From Octopus sinensis (Eukaryota), in contig NC_042998.1 of NCBI RefSeq assembly GCF_006345805.1, positions 130,696,001 to 130,760,000 on the forward strand: a stretch of 64,000 nucleotides of DNA, written 5' to 3'. Made by a program: the position numbers and the translations under genes. The notes beneath the pieces were generated by a model. That model had not been told where the DNA came from. It ran no database searches and was given only the letters and a program-made list of their open reading frames with translations. This document shows, one piece after another, positions 37,951 through 50,720 of the stretch (its first letter is position 1; each line of letters begins with the position of its first letter).

Positions 37951-39219
37951 GTATGTGTGCGTCTTTGAATGTGTGTATGCGAGATTTCCATTTCATATTT
38001 TCAGACGATTATGAAGAATAGAACATGAGACAGATGTTTATAAGTATTGTAGAGTAAATATTTGAATATAAAAATAAATTCCTTATTGTATAATATTAAT
38101 GGACCAATATGATCTTATTAATTGACCCAAAACCTGCTGTATAGTAAATTAATAATATAAAATAAAATTATCATATAGTAGAAATAAAGAAATGGGATGT
38201 GAGAGAAAGGCGGAAATAGTTGTTTTGTGGTTAGAAAGAGAAGAAGAAAAATAGGAAAAGGAGTATAGAGGGCGAAGATTCGGTGATAATGTTTATTGCG
38301 AAAAATCATAATGCATGTGCAAATAAGCACGAGTGAAGTTCAATGTTTCTAATAAAGCAAACGTGATAAAGAAAGTGGATGACTTTAATGGAAGAGGGAA
38401 ATAAAATTAAAAAGATTTAAAGATTTGCTGTGCAATGGAATTGAAAAATATTGAATATTTTTTTTTTTCTTTTATGGGAATCGTTAGAGTGTGAAATGTG
38501 TATGTGGTTGTTAACCGTGCGTAATAGGGGAAATAACTGCAAGATGTAAAAATAATCTATTGAAAATCTTCAAATAAGAACTTAAGGAAATGTCAAAAGA
38601 TGGTAGCAAAGAGTCTGAATGCTAGAATGCTAGAGGGAGATGAAAATAATTATTCGTTAGCAGCAAGTAAACTGTTGGAGGGAAGAAAAGTACAAAGTAA
38701 GTATTCGGAAGAGTTCCTGCAGGAACTTAGTGATTCGAACTTTTTATTTGATCTTTACGACACTCGAAATAAACTGCAAAGACATTTTTGCTTAAAAGCA
38801 AACTTGTTAAAGATCCCTTCACTACATGCTTCAAAGTGTGCATATGTTGGTAAATGCATATCTTTAATTTGCTCTCAGTCAATTTCTTATAAGATTTCAG
38901 AAGAATGCTGTTTTCTTTCTGTAGCTTAGAGCGGTAAATAATTGAGTGTGACCGTCTCTTGACCTTTCCGCCATTTTCAAGAAGATATTCAGCAGCTTAT
39001 TTTTCTTAAAAATCATTTTGTTATGTCTCAACTGATATTTGACTAACCTGCACAGAGACTTATTAATTATTACAGTTACATCTTTAAACGTATATTTATA
39101 TAAATTCCGACTTGGCAACATATCAAATATCCTTTTTAAATTGTTTTTCTTTGCATTTCTACCATTTCCTTTCCTCATCATATTCAGATTACTTAAGCAT
39201 TTTCTTCCCTTCATTATTA

Positions 39220-39360
39220 TAAGGTTGCCCCAAAAGTTCGTAGAAAGTCTTGTGAAATAATGGTCTTTATTTTGAGGAATAATTTTTCTTGTTTTTTTTA
39301 GTACTTGGCGAGTAAAAATTCAATTTTCGCAAGTGTTTACGAACTTTTGGGACAACCTAA
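39220..39360. mobile_element. 141-bp mariner-type MITE
   Basis: TIRs taaggttgccccaaaagttcgta / ttaggttgtcccaaaagttcgta (21/23), with TA on both flanks (39218-19, 39361-62). Confidence 0.85.
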
Positions 39361-40268
39361 TATTAAAACATGCACTATTTAGACATTGTTGTCATAGAGA
39401 GATCTCTATTCTAATTATCCTTCTTTCTCTGTTTTGTTATCTCTGAAAGATACTCTCAAACCTTCTCTCTAATCCAGGTCATTATTTCATTTGAAACAAT
39501 AAGGACATGATGCCATATTTCTAAATATCTTTATCCATTATGGAAAAGTTTTAGCTTACAGAGCTTTCGTATACATCAACATTTGCAGTAAAACGTGTCA
39601 GCTGCACACGTACGCACACATTTGCACACATACATACACGCACACACACACACACTCTGACGCAACACACCAAACAGCCATCAATTCCATAAACTCATAA
39701 TACAAAAACACCATCACTCTATACACACAGAAAAATGAGCCGCTCTTAACGAGAATCTTCACCGTTGATCCACAACTTGGGTTTCGTTCTCTTATCGTTC
39801 ATTAAATCATATCGGTAACATTGCTAGGTGTGCATATGACGGATTGTCAATCTTCTCAAAGCAAGAAAATACTTCAGATTACAAAAGTTGCTGATATTCT
39901 AGAAGGTACGAGTGGATCATACAAGGTAGTTTCACTTCTGCTTCTGGCAAGATATTGCTGCTACGTGTGCCGAGATACTGGAATGCTACCATCCGACTGA
40001 TATTCAATCGCTAACAGATACATTTAAGTCTAAGGATCAGAAGCTATTTCCTCTCCCGGTCCTTTTTTTATTGTTCTTATAATGGCTGTGATTCACAGAT
40101 TTGGCTAGACTGGTACGTCACTTCTCAGACACCTGAACCCGTTTCCCACACGACCGCTTGTCATCAACGTTAATGTATCCAACCAAACAGGCCCAGGAAC
40201 TAAGTACATAGAACATTGGCCTTCAGAAAATTTCTCTACTCATGTTTTTTTTTTGTACTTGTATATAT

Positions 40269-40575
40269 CAGGAGTGGCCAACCTGAAACCCGCGGGCCGC
40301 ATGCGGCCTGCTTGATTCTTTCTTGAAATTGCTTATTTAAACAACCATTAAAAAAATTATCAAAAGTTAACGATTATAATGTAAAGTAAAAAGGAAAGAT
40401 ACTACTGTTTTTGCAACGATAATATTTCATGTTGAATCAACGATCATTCATTCATTATTGTAATACTAGAATGAGAAAGCAAAATGCTTTTAATTCTGTA
40501 GGTATACCAGCGGCCTTCAAAAAATTTAATTTGAAGAAAAGTGGCCCGCAATGTAATTCGAGTTGGCCAGGCCTG
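40269..40575. mobile_element. hAT (Charlie-like) MITE
   Basis: TIRs caggagtggccaac / gttggccaggcctg and subterminal cccgcgggccgcatgcggcc. The 8-bp flanks do not match, so the TSD is eroded. Confidence 0.75.
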
Positions 40576-40912
40576 ATCTAGCCCGACTAAAATGTGAATG
40601 GGATACTTGGGGCAACAAGCTCACGTCTCTCGGAGAGATTGCAGAGGCATGGGCAGCGCAGCTACTTGACATTCAGCAAGTAAAACCATGCACATACTCG
40701 CAAACATGCATGCACATATTTACATGCACATACGCACGTGCATGCGCGCGCACACACACACGCTCACATACAGTATATGCATGCAACGATTGTATCTGTA
40801 TTTTAAAGATGTAGATCTGTGACAAACCGGTCACGCTGGTGTATTTGTTTGATCATCATAACGGTAACCTTATGTATGTATGTATGTATATATATATATA
40901 TATATATAATAT

Positions 40913-40961
<49 letters not shown>

Positions 40962-41042
40962 ATATTATTTATATATTAATTAGGGAATAAAAATTTCAGT
41001 GTCACAGGGATTCATATAATTTGAATTATTTTTGATAAGGAA

Positions 41043-42061
41043 ATATATTTCATTTTGAGATAGAATTCCCCATGCAATTCATCAAATCCTAATATACATC
41101 ATACCATATCATAGAATTTTATTTTAATACTTACTATTTCAGTTCCAAATTTCTCTTCTACACGTGTTTCATGAGGTGCGTTTAACGTTCTCGAGACCCT
41201 CAGTCTATTTCAGAAACATGTCTTAACTGTAACCCCAATCATCAGGACACTCCATAACCTACTTATAATGCTATAACTATTCCTATATTTTTATCAGTTA
41301 CGAATGTAACTAACAAACAAACATGCGGATGTGCAAATAAATTCGCCGAAACTTGACGTGCAAGCCATAATTTAATTAATTAAAAATTAAAAATTTTAAA
41401 ACTGATATGAAACGTGACTTATGCCTAGGAATATACATATAAATTAATGATATGTAGGAATGAAAAAAACTATACTATAATAATGAAAGGAATATATAAT
41501 ATAGTGATGATAAAATAAACAGTGACAAAGAAATATATATTCGAATAAAAACTATAGATAAAAGTGGACGTAGACAAATACGAATGAATGACAAAATGCA
41601 AAAAGTGTAAAAAGATATATAACGAAATCTAAGGAGAAAAAAATTTTTAAATGATAAAATATAATAATCTTAATTTTAAAAGTAAATGTTAGAGCGTAAT
41701 AATAACTTAAAAAATAACGTAAAAAAATTCGTAAAACAAATGTCATAAAAAATATGTGTGTTCAATCTACCGTTGTATAACATGGTCATAATTCGAGCTA
41801 AGTACAACTTAACGCCGCAAAAAAGATAGGAATGGTTATAGAATTATAAATAAGTTATGGAGAGTCCTGATGATTGGGGTTACAGTTAAGAAATGTTTCT
41901 GAAAAAGACTGAGGGTCTCGGGAACGTTAAATGCACCTCATGAAACACGTGTAGAAGAGAAATTCGGAACTGAAATAATAAGTATTAAAATAAAATTCTA
42001 TGATATGGTGTGATGTATATTAGGATTTGATGAGTTGCATGGAGACTCATATCTCTAAATG

Positions 42062-42068
<7 letters not shown>
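41043..42068. mobile_element. About 1-kb non-coding element with ~250-bp terminal inverted repeats
   Basis: 41043-41291 versus the reverse complement of 41819-42068 is ungapped, about 19 mismatches by manual count (~92%). The core is AT-rich and non-coding. Confidence 0.9.
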
Positions 42069-42102
<34 letters not shown>

Positions 42103-44682
42103 AAAATTCCACACCACTACTTAATTCCAGATTAGAAATTATAAGCAAATACAAGGATGAGGGCAAATCTCTCTTGGCGTCCTGGAGGACAACACCCTCT
42201 CAAGTTTCTCCGTTGAACTATTCTAAAACACTTGGTTTAATTAGGGATTTCATGGTTAAGTGAGATCTAAGTCTAATTTCCTTTCTTCTTCTTTTCCCGT
42301 TTTTATTATCGCTTCCATTTTTTGAATTAACATTCAAACTTTTCATTTTTCGTGATTTCTCAAGTACTAGCGTCCTGATTTTCAAACAGAATAGATCGTG
42401 TATTCAGAGTCTGAGAAATGCTTCGTAACACAGGGCAAGTTATTAAAACCTGCCTTGACGTGTGTCTCTAGAGCAAGAAACTATTAATAGCACGTATCTT
42501 TATTCTATGTACATTCATATGTAAATATATATATATGTATGTTTATGCGTATCTTTGTTTGTGTATATATATATATATGCATATATATGTTTATATATAG
42601 ATGATGTATTACATACATATTTAAATATATATACATACATAGAGAAAGAGAGAGAGAGAGTCAGATAGATAGAGAGGTAGATGATAGATAGATAGATTTA
42701 ATTTTCCTATGTATCATTAAAGACGGGTGGTAAATATAAAGCCAATACCTTTTGGTAAATAACATTTTCACGCGAAAACGCGATTTCTAGCCATATATAC
42801 ATACACAGAGCTGAAAACTGGGACACACACATACGAATGTGCGCATGTGCACACACTCACACCCGCACGGACAGACAGACAGACATGTGCGCAACTAATT
42901 GGCTCTTAATGTGTCTCTCTAACTGTGGTAGGTATGTGTATTTGCGCTAATATAAGCTACGCAAGTAATTTTGGCATAATGTGTACATAGAGCTGCTCAT
43001 GCAAGCACATGTTAACGCATATAGACTTACATCTTTATACACACACACACACACACACACGTATTGAGTTGTACACATGCCCGCACGGGTATCTATACAT
43101 GTACACACTTACACACACACGCATGCTTTTGTGTATCTGTTCATGTAAATAAGTGTGAGTAGATTAATATATTATACATATACATATCAAAACGGGGTAC
43201 ATTCTGGATAACTTCAACTGCCGAAAGCCTGAGGCCTTTATTTCTCCATATATCTAGCATATTTATTTCCTTTTGACCTTTTAATTTCATTTTTGCCATA
43301 GTTTTTAGTTTCATATCTCAGATATATATTTCTAATGAATTCCGCTAGGCAAAATATATATTCTAATATCTTATCATAAAGGCACAGCTCCACTTTCTCG
43401 AAATGATCCATGATTTACTAAAAGGCAGTAGTAAAATACGTAAAATGCATAAAAAAATACATTATATTTCCGTTTGCTTATCATTTCAGTATTCCTTATA
43501 CACCCTGCAACTACTGTGATAACACAAAGTTAAATTATACAATTTTGTACATGTTTTAATGTAGGAATTTCTACGTCTGCCAATCGAACCTTCCTAAAGT
43601 TTTGAGAATATCTTGGCCGAAAGCATGGAGGCCCACTAGGCAATAATTTGGAAGCTATTATCTTGATGGCGGGTATGTGAAGTAACCAAGAAGTTTCCCT
43701 GTAATGATAAGTTCAGTGACTGCAAAAGTATGTTGCATGAGACTGGCGAGTCGCTCTGTATATATCACACGTATTTATCTACAGAGTTACTAAAATTATA
43801 ATCGTCATCATCATCATAATTATTCTTGTCGTCGTCATCTTTCTCATAGTCCACTAGATCATTATGATCACGGTTATCATCGTTATATTAGACTTGTTGT
43901 GTTCGCTCTCCTCATAATAAAACAGAGGGTTATAAAATTTTATGTCGATTTTCCCAACATTGTTATTACCATCAACATCACTGCGGTATTTCCTTTGCAA
44001 TCACTACTGCCACCATAATGCTATACAACAGACCTTATTTCATCGTATAGAAACCAAATTCCGGCAAATATTATCAACTCCCAGACCAACGAAGATATCG
44101 TTACTTACAAGCTTAATATGTTTGCATTTTATTCACTTACTTTTTTCAGTTATTAGAATGGGCCGTATTTTGACTATTTCTTCATATTTTTTCGATGAAT
44201 ATGTCTTACCCAATATTTATTTCTTCGGTTGTTATTTATCGAATAAGCGAATTACTACTTAACATAAAGAAACAAATCTCGATACTTCGACTTTTACCGT
44301 AAACATGCAATATCACGAACATACAAACAAAAGTATTAAAATATTTTCCCTTGAACACCCAGCTGTATGTGCTTAACACTTGGTGACTGGTTGCAGTTTA
44401 TAGTAAATAATTACGAGAACAAGCTTCTTACTGCAGGTTTAAGAAACAATCATTTACAGGAACATAGCAGTCTCCAAAATCTGACTTAAGATAAATATAT
44501 CATATTTTTTTAGGCGCTTATAGAAACATTCTTTCCGTATATTTATTTCGCATGCACGGTAGTTCATACCGTGTCCTAATTTCTAATTTGTTTTAGAATA
44601 ATACGGGTAAATAACTTAATAAATAATAGATTAAACGAGCTAATATGCATTTTGTGGCCTTCATTGCGTGTTAAGTCATACA

Positions 44683-44914
44683 CAGGGTTGGCCAAAACTC
44701 AACTGACAGTAAATCAAAACCGTTTCATTTCAAGATTTATTTATGTTTAACAACTGAATGACTTTAATAAAATCACCTACATATGAAACATCATGAACAT
44801 TGTTCAAACTGAAGATCTTCTTGAGCAACACATTTTTCCATTGGAGTCAATACAGAATAACAAATAGCTTTTAAGGAATTTTGATTTACTGTCGGGTAAA
44901 TTTAGCCAACGTTG
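44683..44914. mobile_element. 232-bp Tc1/mariner-type MITE
   Basis: TIRs cagggttggccaaaactcaactgacagtaaatcaaa / tttgatttactgtcgggtaaatttagccaacgttg. TA on the right flank. Confidence 0.75.
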
Positions 44915-45227
44915 TATATATATATATATGTGTTTATTTGTCCCCTGTTTGATGTACTCCGCGTTTCGAAAGGAAGCACTATTTTAACGAAGAGAGAATT
45001 ATTAAAAGGTTTTTATTTCTTTAAGAAATATAGATTAATTCTGTTTGATTATTTATTGAAAATATGTATTTATTTAACTATTATTGTTATTATTGTTGAC
45101 CTGAGGAGTTACTATAGTTTTAAATTGAATTGTTTTGGGATCGATTACATTTAAATTTAATTGTAATTCGAATTGAAGATATAGCCACAAAACGTACGTA
45201 GTCTATTTACTAATTATATTCTGTTTA

Positions 45228-45236
45228 TTTATTATT

Positions 45237-45313
<77 letters not shown>
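45228..45313. repeat. (TTA)n tract at the 3' side of the Dong-like element
   Basis: Visible directly. Confidence 0.95.
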
Positions 45314-45314
<1 letters not shown>

Positions 45315-46532
45315 TATGTTTGACTTTTGCTTTATGTCTGTATAAGTTGGCTCCAAGTCTCACCCAGAGACCTCAAGAGACAACAGGTTGGAAGTTCACG
45401 TTGTTGTTATGCCTAGCGTGCCATATATTTGGGGTTTTTTTATGTTGTTTTAGTGAATGTCTAATAAATAAATTTTTAAAAAAAAGTTTGTTTTAAACCT
45501 TGGGATTACATAGAGAGTATTTTGCGTAGAATATGAGCAGTTCTCATGAGCACTATCTTTTGAATTTCTGCCATTTTGGGGTTTCCTGGTATCTGAGTTA
45601 GGTAGCAATCAGCCCTTTTCGCTATCATTCCCAGGGCATCTATGACAACAGGTATTGTTTTAGTCTTCAGCTCCACATTTTGCTGATTTCTATTTCAAGA
45701 TCTTTATATTTGCTCAGTTTTTGGTAGGTCTTGACAGATACGTTTATATCGATTGCGACAGTCATATCAATGAGGAGGCATGTTCTTTGTCTGAAGTCTT
45801 TCAATATGATGTCTGGCCTATTTGCATCTATCTTTCTGTCAGTTTGAATGGTGAAGTTCCAGAGGAGTGAGATGTGGTCATTTTCAAGCACTGGAGGTGG
45901 ATTGTGTTCCCACCAGTTTTTTTCATGGGGCAAATCCAGGTTTTTGCAAATTACCCAGTGAATATATTGTGCAGCTCTATCATGCCTGTTGAGGTACTCT
46001 GTAGGCGCTAGAAGACTGCATTTGGAGACAACATGATCAATGGTTTCATTTTGTTGTCGGCATACACGGCATGTTGGGCTACTGCCGTTCTTTAATATGT
46101 TGGCCTGGTAGTTTCTTGTTGGTAGGCATTGATCTTGAGCTGCTATGATAAACCCTTCTGTTTCAGATTTTAAGCCAGAGGCCATTAGCCATTGATGAGT
46201 CAGGGTTTTTCAATATCTGCATTATTCACTCTCTTTGGGTATTTGCCATAGAGAGGTTTTTCTTGCCATTTATTATTCAGAATATCTAAGGCTACAGTTT
46301 GGGCACGGGTTTTCATGCGCCTAGCTTTTTCTGTGCTTGTTTCTTGTATGTCTATTTCTAATTCCGAAATTTGTTGTATTCGGAATTCACTTAGATATTC
46401 CTTTGCCTGTTTTGTTACTGAGTATGATGCTTTCTTGTTTTCATGTTTTGAGACAAGTTTTAACATCCAGTCCTCAGACTTTTTCAGGTAGGTGTCTAGG
46501 CCAATTGTAGCAATCTTCATTGTTATTGCCAG

Positions 46533-46535
<3 letters not shown>
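45313..46535 (-). mobile_element. Second 5'-truncated R4/Dong-clade element (different subfamily)
   Basis: WQEKPLYGKY, GLKSETEGFIIAAQDQCLPTRNY, CRVCRQQNETIDHVVSKC, RPDIILKD..LIDMTV..QKLSKY. A frameshift near 46200 and a stop at 45667. (TTA)n on both sides. Confidence 0.92.
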
Positions 46536-46601
<66 letters not shown>

Positions 46602-46620
46602 CATTATTATTATTATCATC
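46536..46620. repeat. (TTA)n tract at the 5' side of the Dong-like element
   Basis: Visible directly. Confidence 0.95.
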
Positions 46621-46708
46621 ATGTACTTTATGTGATCTAGAGAAATGTTTTCTTTATTTTATTTTTTCTATATGATATGTTTTACGTCTATCATTGTTTG
46701 AATTACAT

Positions 46709-46756
<48 letters not shown>

Positions 46757-46758
<2 letters not shown>

Positions 46759-47060
46759 TGGCGCAATGGCCCAGTGGATAGGGCAGCGGACACGCGGTCG
46801 TAGGATCGCGGTTTCGATTCCCAGACCGGGCGTTGTGAGTGTTTATTGAGCGTAAACACCTAAAGCTCCACGACGCTCCGGCAGGGGGTGGTGGCGATCC
46901 CTGCTGTACTCTTTCGCCACAACTTTCTCTCACTCTTCCTTCTGTTGGCCTGCTCGCTTAGCCAGGGGGGTGACGTCATTTGAAAGCTAAAAAACAATGC
47001 GAAGCGCATCGTGACCAGTGATATGTAGCAGCATCCGATAGTCTGGTCGGTCACGGTGAT
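46757..47060 (+). mobile_element. tRNA-derived SINE (type D, tail 1)
   Basis: A box tggcccagtgg (46767), B box ggtttcgattccc (46810). Body shared with 52194-52490. Confidence 0.85.
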
Positions 47061-47067
47061 TAGGGTG

Positions 47068-47100
<33 letters not shown>

Positions 47101-47159
47101 TATGCATATATACATGCATACATATATATGTATATATGTATATATACATGCATATTTGG

Positions 47160-47435
47160 GTATATGACTTCAAAAAGCGTAGACAAAATGAGAAACGAAC
47201 TTAAAAACAAAAATATAGAAAACGAACTTTTTTCGAACAACGAAAAAGACACAGAGAAACATTCCCTTCATCAGTTGCCTCCTGTTTTATCTATTCAACG
47301 TTTCGAAGGGAAGCACTGTTTTAAAGAAGAGAAAATTATCAAAAGAGAAATAATAGTGGAATTTAAATAATCAATCAAGCTTAATGGTATTGTAGTTCTG
47401 TAGGAAAGAAATGGTATATAAATGAGGAATCCACA
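47160..47435 (-). repeat. Short interspersed repeat carrying hammerhead-like half motifs
   Basis: Contains GAAACG and CTGATGA motifs, has (TA)n flanks, and has a degraded relative at about 44955-45010. Confidence 0.45.
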
Positions 47436-47497
47436 TACGTATATATATACACATACATACACACAAACACACAAACACACACACACGCACACACGCA

Positions 47498-47533
<36 letters not shown>

Positions 47534-47535
<2 letters not shown>

Positions 47536-48645
47536 CAATGAAGGCCATATATAATGGCATTTTCTGCTCTCTGGACTTCTCCTGAAGTTGGCGTATGAAG
47601 AATATCATATCAATAGTTGATCTGCATCTTCTAAAGCCACACTGCGATTCCGGATACATTCGAGAAGCAAGTAGTTGTAGCCTGGCCAGGATAACGCGGG
47701 CAAAGGCCTTTCCAACAGTGCTTAGAAGATATATTCGACGGTAATTGTTACAATCACTACGGTCACCTTTGTTTTTGTAAAGCGTAATGATGTTAGCATC
47801 CCGCATATCCTGAATGACTGTACCCTCCTCCCAGCACTGACACAGAAGCTCATGAAGGTGCCGAAGCAGGATGGTGTTTTTGCCGGCTTTGATGATCTCT
47901 GAGGGGATGCTGTCTTTTCCCGGAGCCTTGTTTCTTGCTAGGGAGTCAATAGCCTTGGTGAGCTCTGCTATAGATGGCGGACTGTCAAGCTCGTACATGA
48001 CTGGCAAGATCTTGACACTCTCGACTGCAGCCTCAGCCACTGTAGTCTCCCGTGAGTAGAGATCCTGAGAGTTCTCCACCCATCTATCTATTTGCTTGCT
48101 TTGATCCTTGATGAGATCTCCAGATTTCAGAGGGGCTGACTTGGTTGCGGATGGACCGAGGACCTTCTTCAAACCGGCATACATCCCGCGGATGTCGCCC
48201 CCGTCAGCAGGTGACTGGATACTCTGACAGATTTCCGGCCAATACCTATTTGCACAGCGTCTGGCTGTCAGTTGGGTTTTATTTCGTGCCTTTCTGAGTT
48301 CTTCGAGTGACTTTGTAGAAGAGCACTCTTGTATTGCATCAGAGCTGCATGCTTTGCTTCGATAACTGGCTCCAGCTCTGAGAGCCCAGCATTGAACCAA
48401 TCTGGGTTTTGCCTTTCTCTCATGCTGAAAGTATCTATTGATGTCGTATACAAAGCTTCCCTGGTATAGTTTCACCTACTTTCAGCAGAGGTGGTTGCGC
48501 AGCTACTGAGGGCTACCTTGATAGAAGCAACAAAACATTTTCGCAGTGTAGGGTCCGAGGTTCTGGCAGTGTTAATGCGTGGTCGGCCCACTTTCTTGGA
48601 GCGATGGATTTTTTTGGCAGAATCCTCACCCTACTTCTAATTAGT
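47534..48645 (-). mobile_element. RTE-clade LINE, inverted 5' segment (post-EN linker to RT domain 3)
   Basis: KVRILPKKS/IHRSKKVGRPRINT..QNPDWF..KAPGKDSIP..YKNKGDRSDCNNYRRI..PESQCGFR..QLQEKSREQKMPLYMAFID. Confidence 0.92.
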
Positions 48646-49990
48646 GACTCGGTAAGCAAAACAGGCTTCTTCATCTTGCTCCAAAAAATCGGATGTCCAC
48701 CAAAGCTGCTGAGGATCATCAAGTCTTTCCATGATGATATGCAAGGCACCATACAGCACAATGGTTCAACATCAGCCGTCTTCCAAATAAAAAACTGGGT
48801 AAAGCAAGGTTGTGTCCTCGCTCCTACATTATTTGGCATCTTCTTCTCGCTCTTACTCTCACATGCCTTTCAGACATCAGATGATGGAGTGTTTCTGCAC
48901 AGTAGAAGTGACGGGAAACTGTTCAATCTCTCGCGCCTGCGTGCCAAGACCAAAATCAGAAACGTCCTGATCAAGGAGATGCTATTTGCTGATGATGCCG
49001 CTCTGGTATCACACACAGAAGAAGCCCTCCAAAGGCTCATTAACTGTTTTAAGCAAGCATGTAACGACTTTAGCTTAGCTATCAGCCTTAAGAAGACCAA
49101 CATCATGGGTCAGGCTACATCGGACATCCCAAACATACATATTGGGGACCAGAGATTACAAGAGGTGGAGAAGTTTACCTATCTTGGCTCTACCGTCACC
49201 TACAACCTATCCCTTGACGCTGAGCTCAATATACGCATTGGCAAGGCAGCTGCTGCGATAGCCCAACTCTCCAAACGAGCATGGGACAACAATAAGCTGA
49301 CCAAGACCACGAAAATGAAGATCTACCAGGCATACAGCACTCTACTGTATGGAAGTGAGACTTGGACGCTATACACACGCCAAGAGCGTCGCCTAAACAT
49401 TTTCACCTGTGCTGCCTCCGGAAGATCCTCCGCATCAAATGGCAAAATCATATCCCCAACAAAGATGTCCTCAAGCAAGCAGGAATACCAAGCATGTTTG
49501 CACTCCTCACACAAAGACGTATGAGATGACTTTGGCATGTTAGCCGTATGAAAGATGGCAGAATCCCCAAGGACATACTCTACGGAGAGCTTGCCAGGGG
49601 GACTAGGTCTGTGGGTAGACCGTTCTTACGTTACAAAGATGTTTGCAAAAGGGACATGAAGGCCTGCAACATCAATATTAGCGGTTGGGAAGCAGTGGCC
49701 GGCAACCGTGGAGATTGGCGACGTACCGTAAAAGAGGGAATACAAAGGAGTGACAGAGAGAGAGAGGAGAAATGGAAAGACAAGAAAAGACGTCAACAAG
49801 AAACTATGGCATTACAACCAGCCAGGAACAGTCTTCGCTACATTTGCGGTACCTGCCAGAGGGAGTGTTTGTCCAGGATAGGACTACACAGCCACAGCAG
49901 GAAATGTATCAGGACATGAAATGTAAAAGCCGGACTAAACTATTTTATGCGCAACTCCATTGTCTCCCGAGACAAAAAGGATGCCAACAA
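48646..49990 (+). mobile_element. RTE-clade LINE, 3' segment in forward orientation
   Basis: DSVSKTG..KIGCPPKLL..VKQGCVLAPTLF..LFADD (48985-48996)..FTYLGS..C-terminal CX2C..HSH, then 3' end ccattgtctcccgagac..atgccaac before (TA)/(GATA)n. Confidence 0.93.
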
Positions 49991-49994
49991 TATA

Positions 49995-49995
49995 T

Positions 49996-50094
<99 letters not shown>

Positions 50095-50112
50095 TATAGA
50101 TAGATAGATAGA
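49995..50112. repeat. (GATA)n microsatellite
   Basis: Visible directly. Confidence 0.97.
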
Positions 50113-50480
50113 TGCTTTTTAGAAGCGTTGAGATATATTGAAATATACAAATATGGGAATATTATATTCTCAAACGCATAACAAAAGTAATGCTGAATAG
50201 CATAAATAGGATATGAGTTTGATAGTAAAATATCTCTAAAAAAGCAAACTTTGTTTACATACATCGTAATTTCACATATAGCGTCTGAAAAAGCTGTATT
50301 TATAAATTCAAAAATGCAGAACATGTTTGTAGGTAGTTTAACTTAAAGGTAAAGCACTATGACCAGTAATCACAGGGCTGTGTGTTCCAGTCTCATGGCA
50401 TGGCTGGTCTGCAATATAAGGATGTTCTATACTATTCAGTATTATTATTATGCGTTTGAGAGTAAAATATTTCCATATAT

Positions 50481-50720
50481 ATGCATGTATGTATGTATGT
50501 ATGTATGTATGTATGTAGTATGTATGTATGTATGTATGTATGTATGTATGTATGTATATATATATATATATATACATACATAATGCATACATATATACAT
50601 ACATACATACATACACACATACATACACACATACATACATACATACATACTACATACATACATACATACATACATACATGCATACATACATACATACATA
50701 TATACATACATACATACATA
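50481..50720. repeat. (TATG)n-(TA)n-(CATA)n mirror microsatellite
   Basis: Visible directly. Confidence 0.9.

Noticed and set aside
38600-39214. ORFs of 109 and 105 aa
   Set aside because: No recognisable domain; AT-rich chance ORFs.
46757-46830. tRNA genes at SINE heads (also 9570-9643, 27200-27276, 52420-52490)
   Set aside because: A and B boxes are present, but there is no complete cloverleaf and they continue into SINE bodies.
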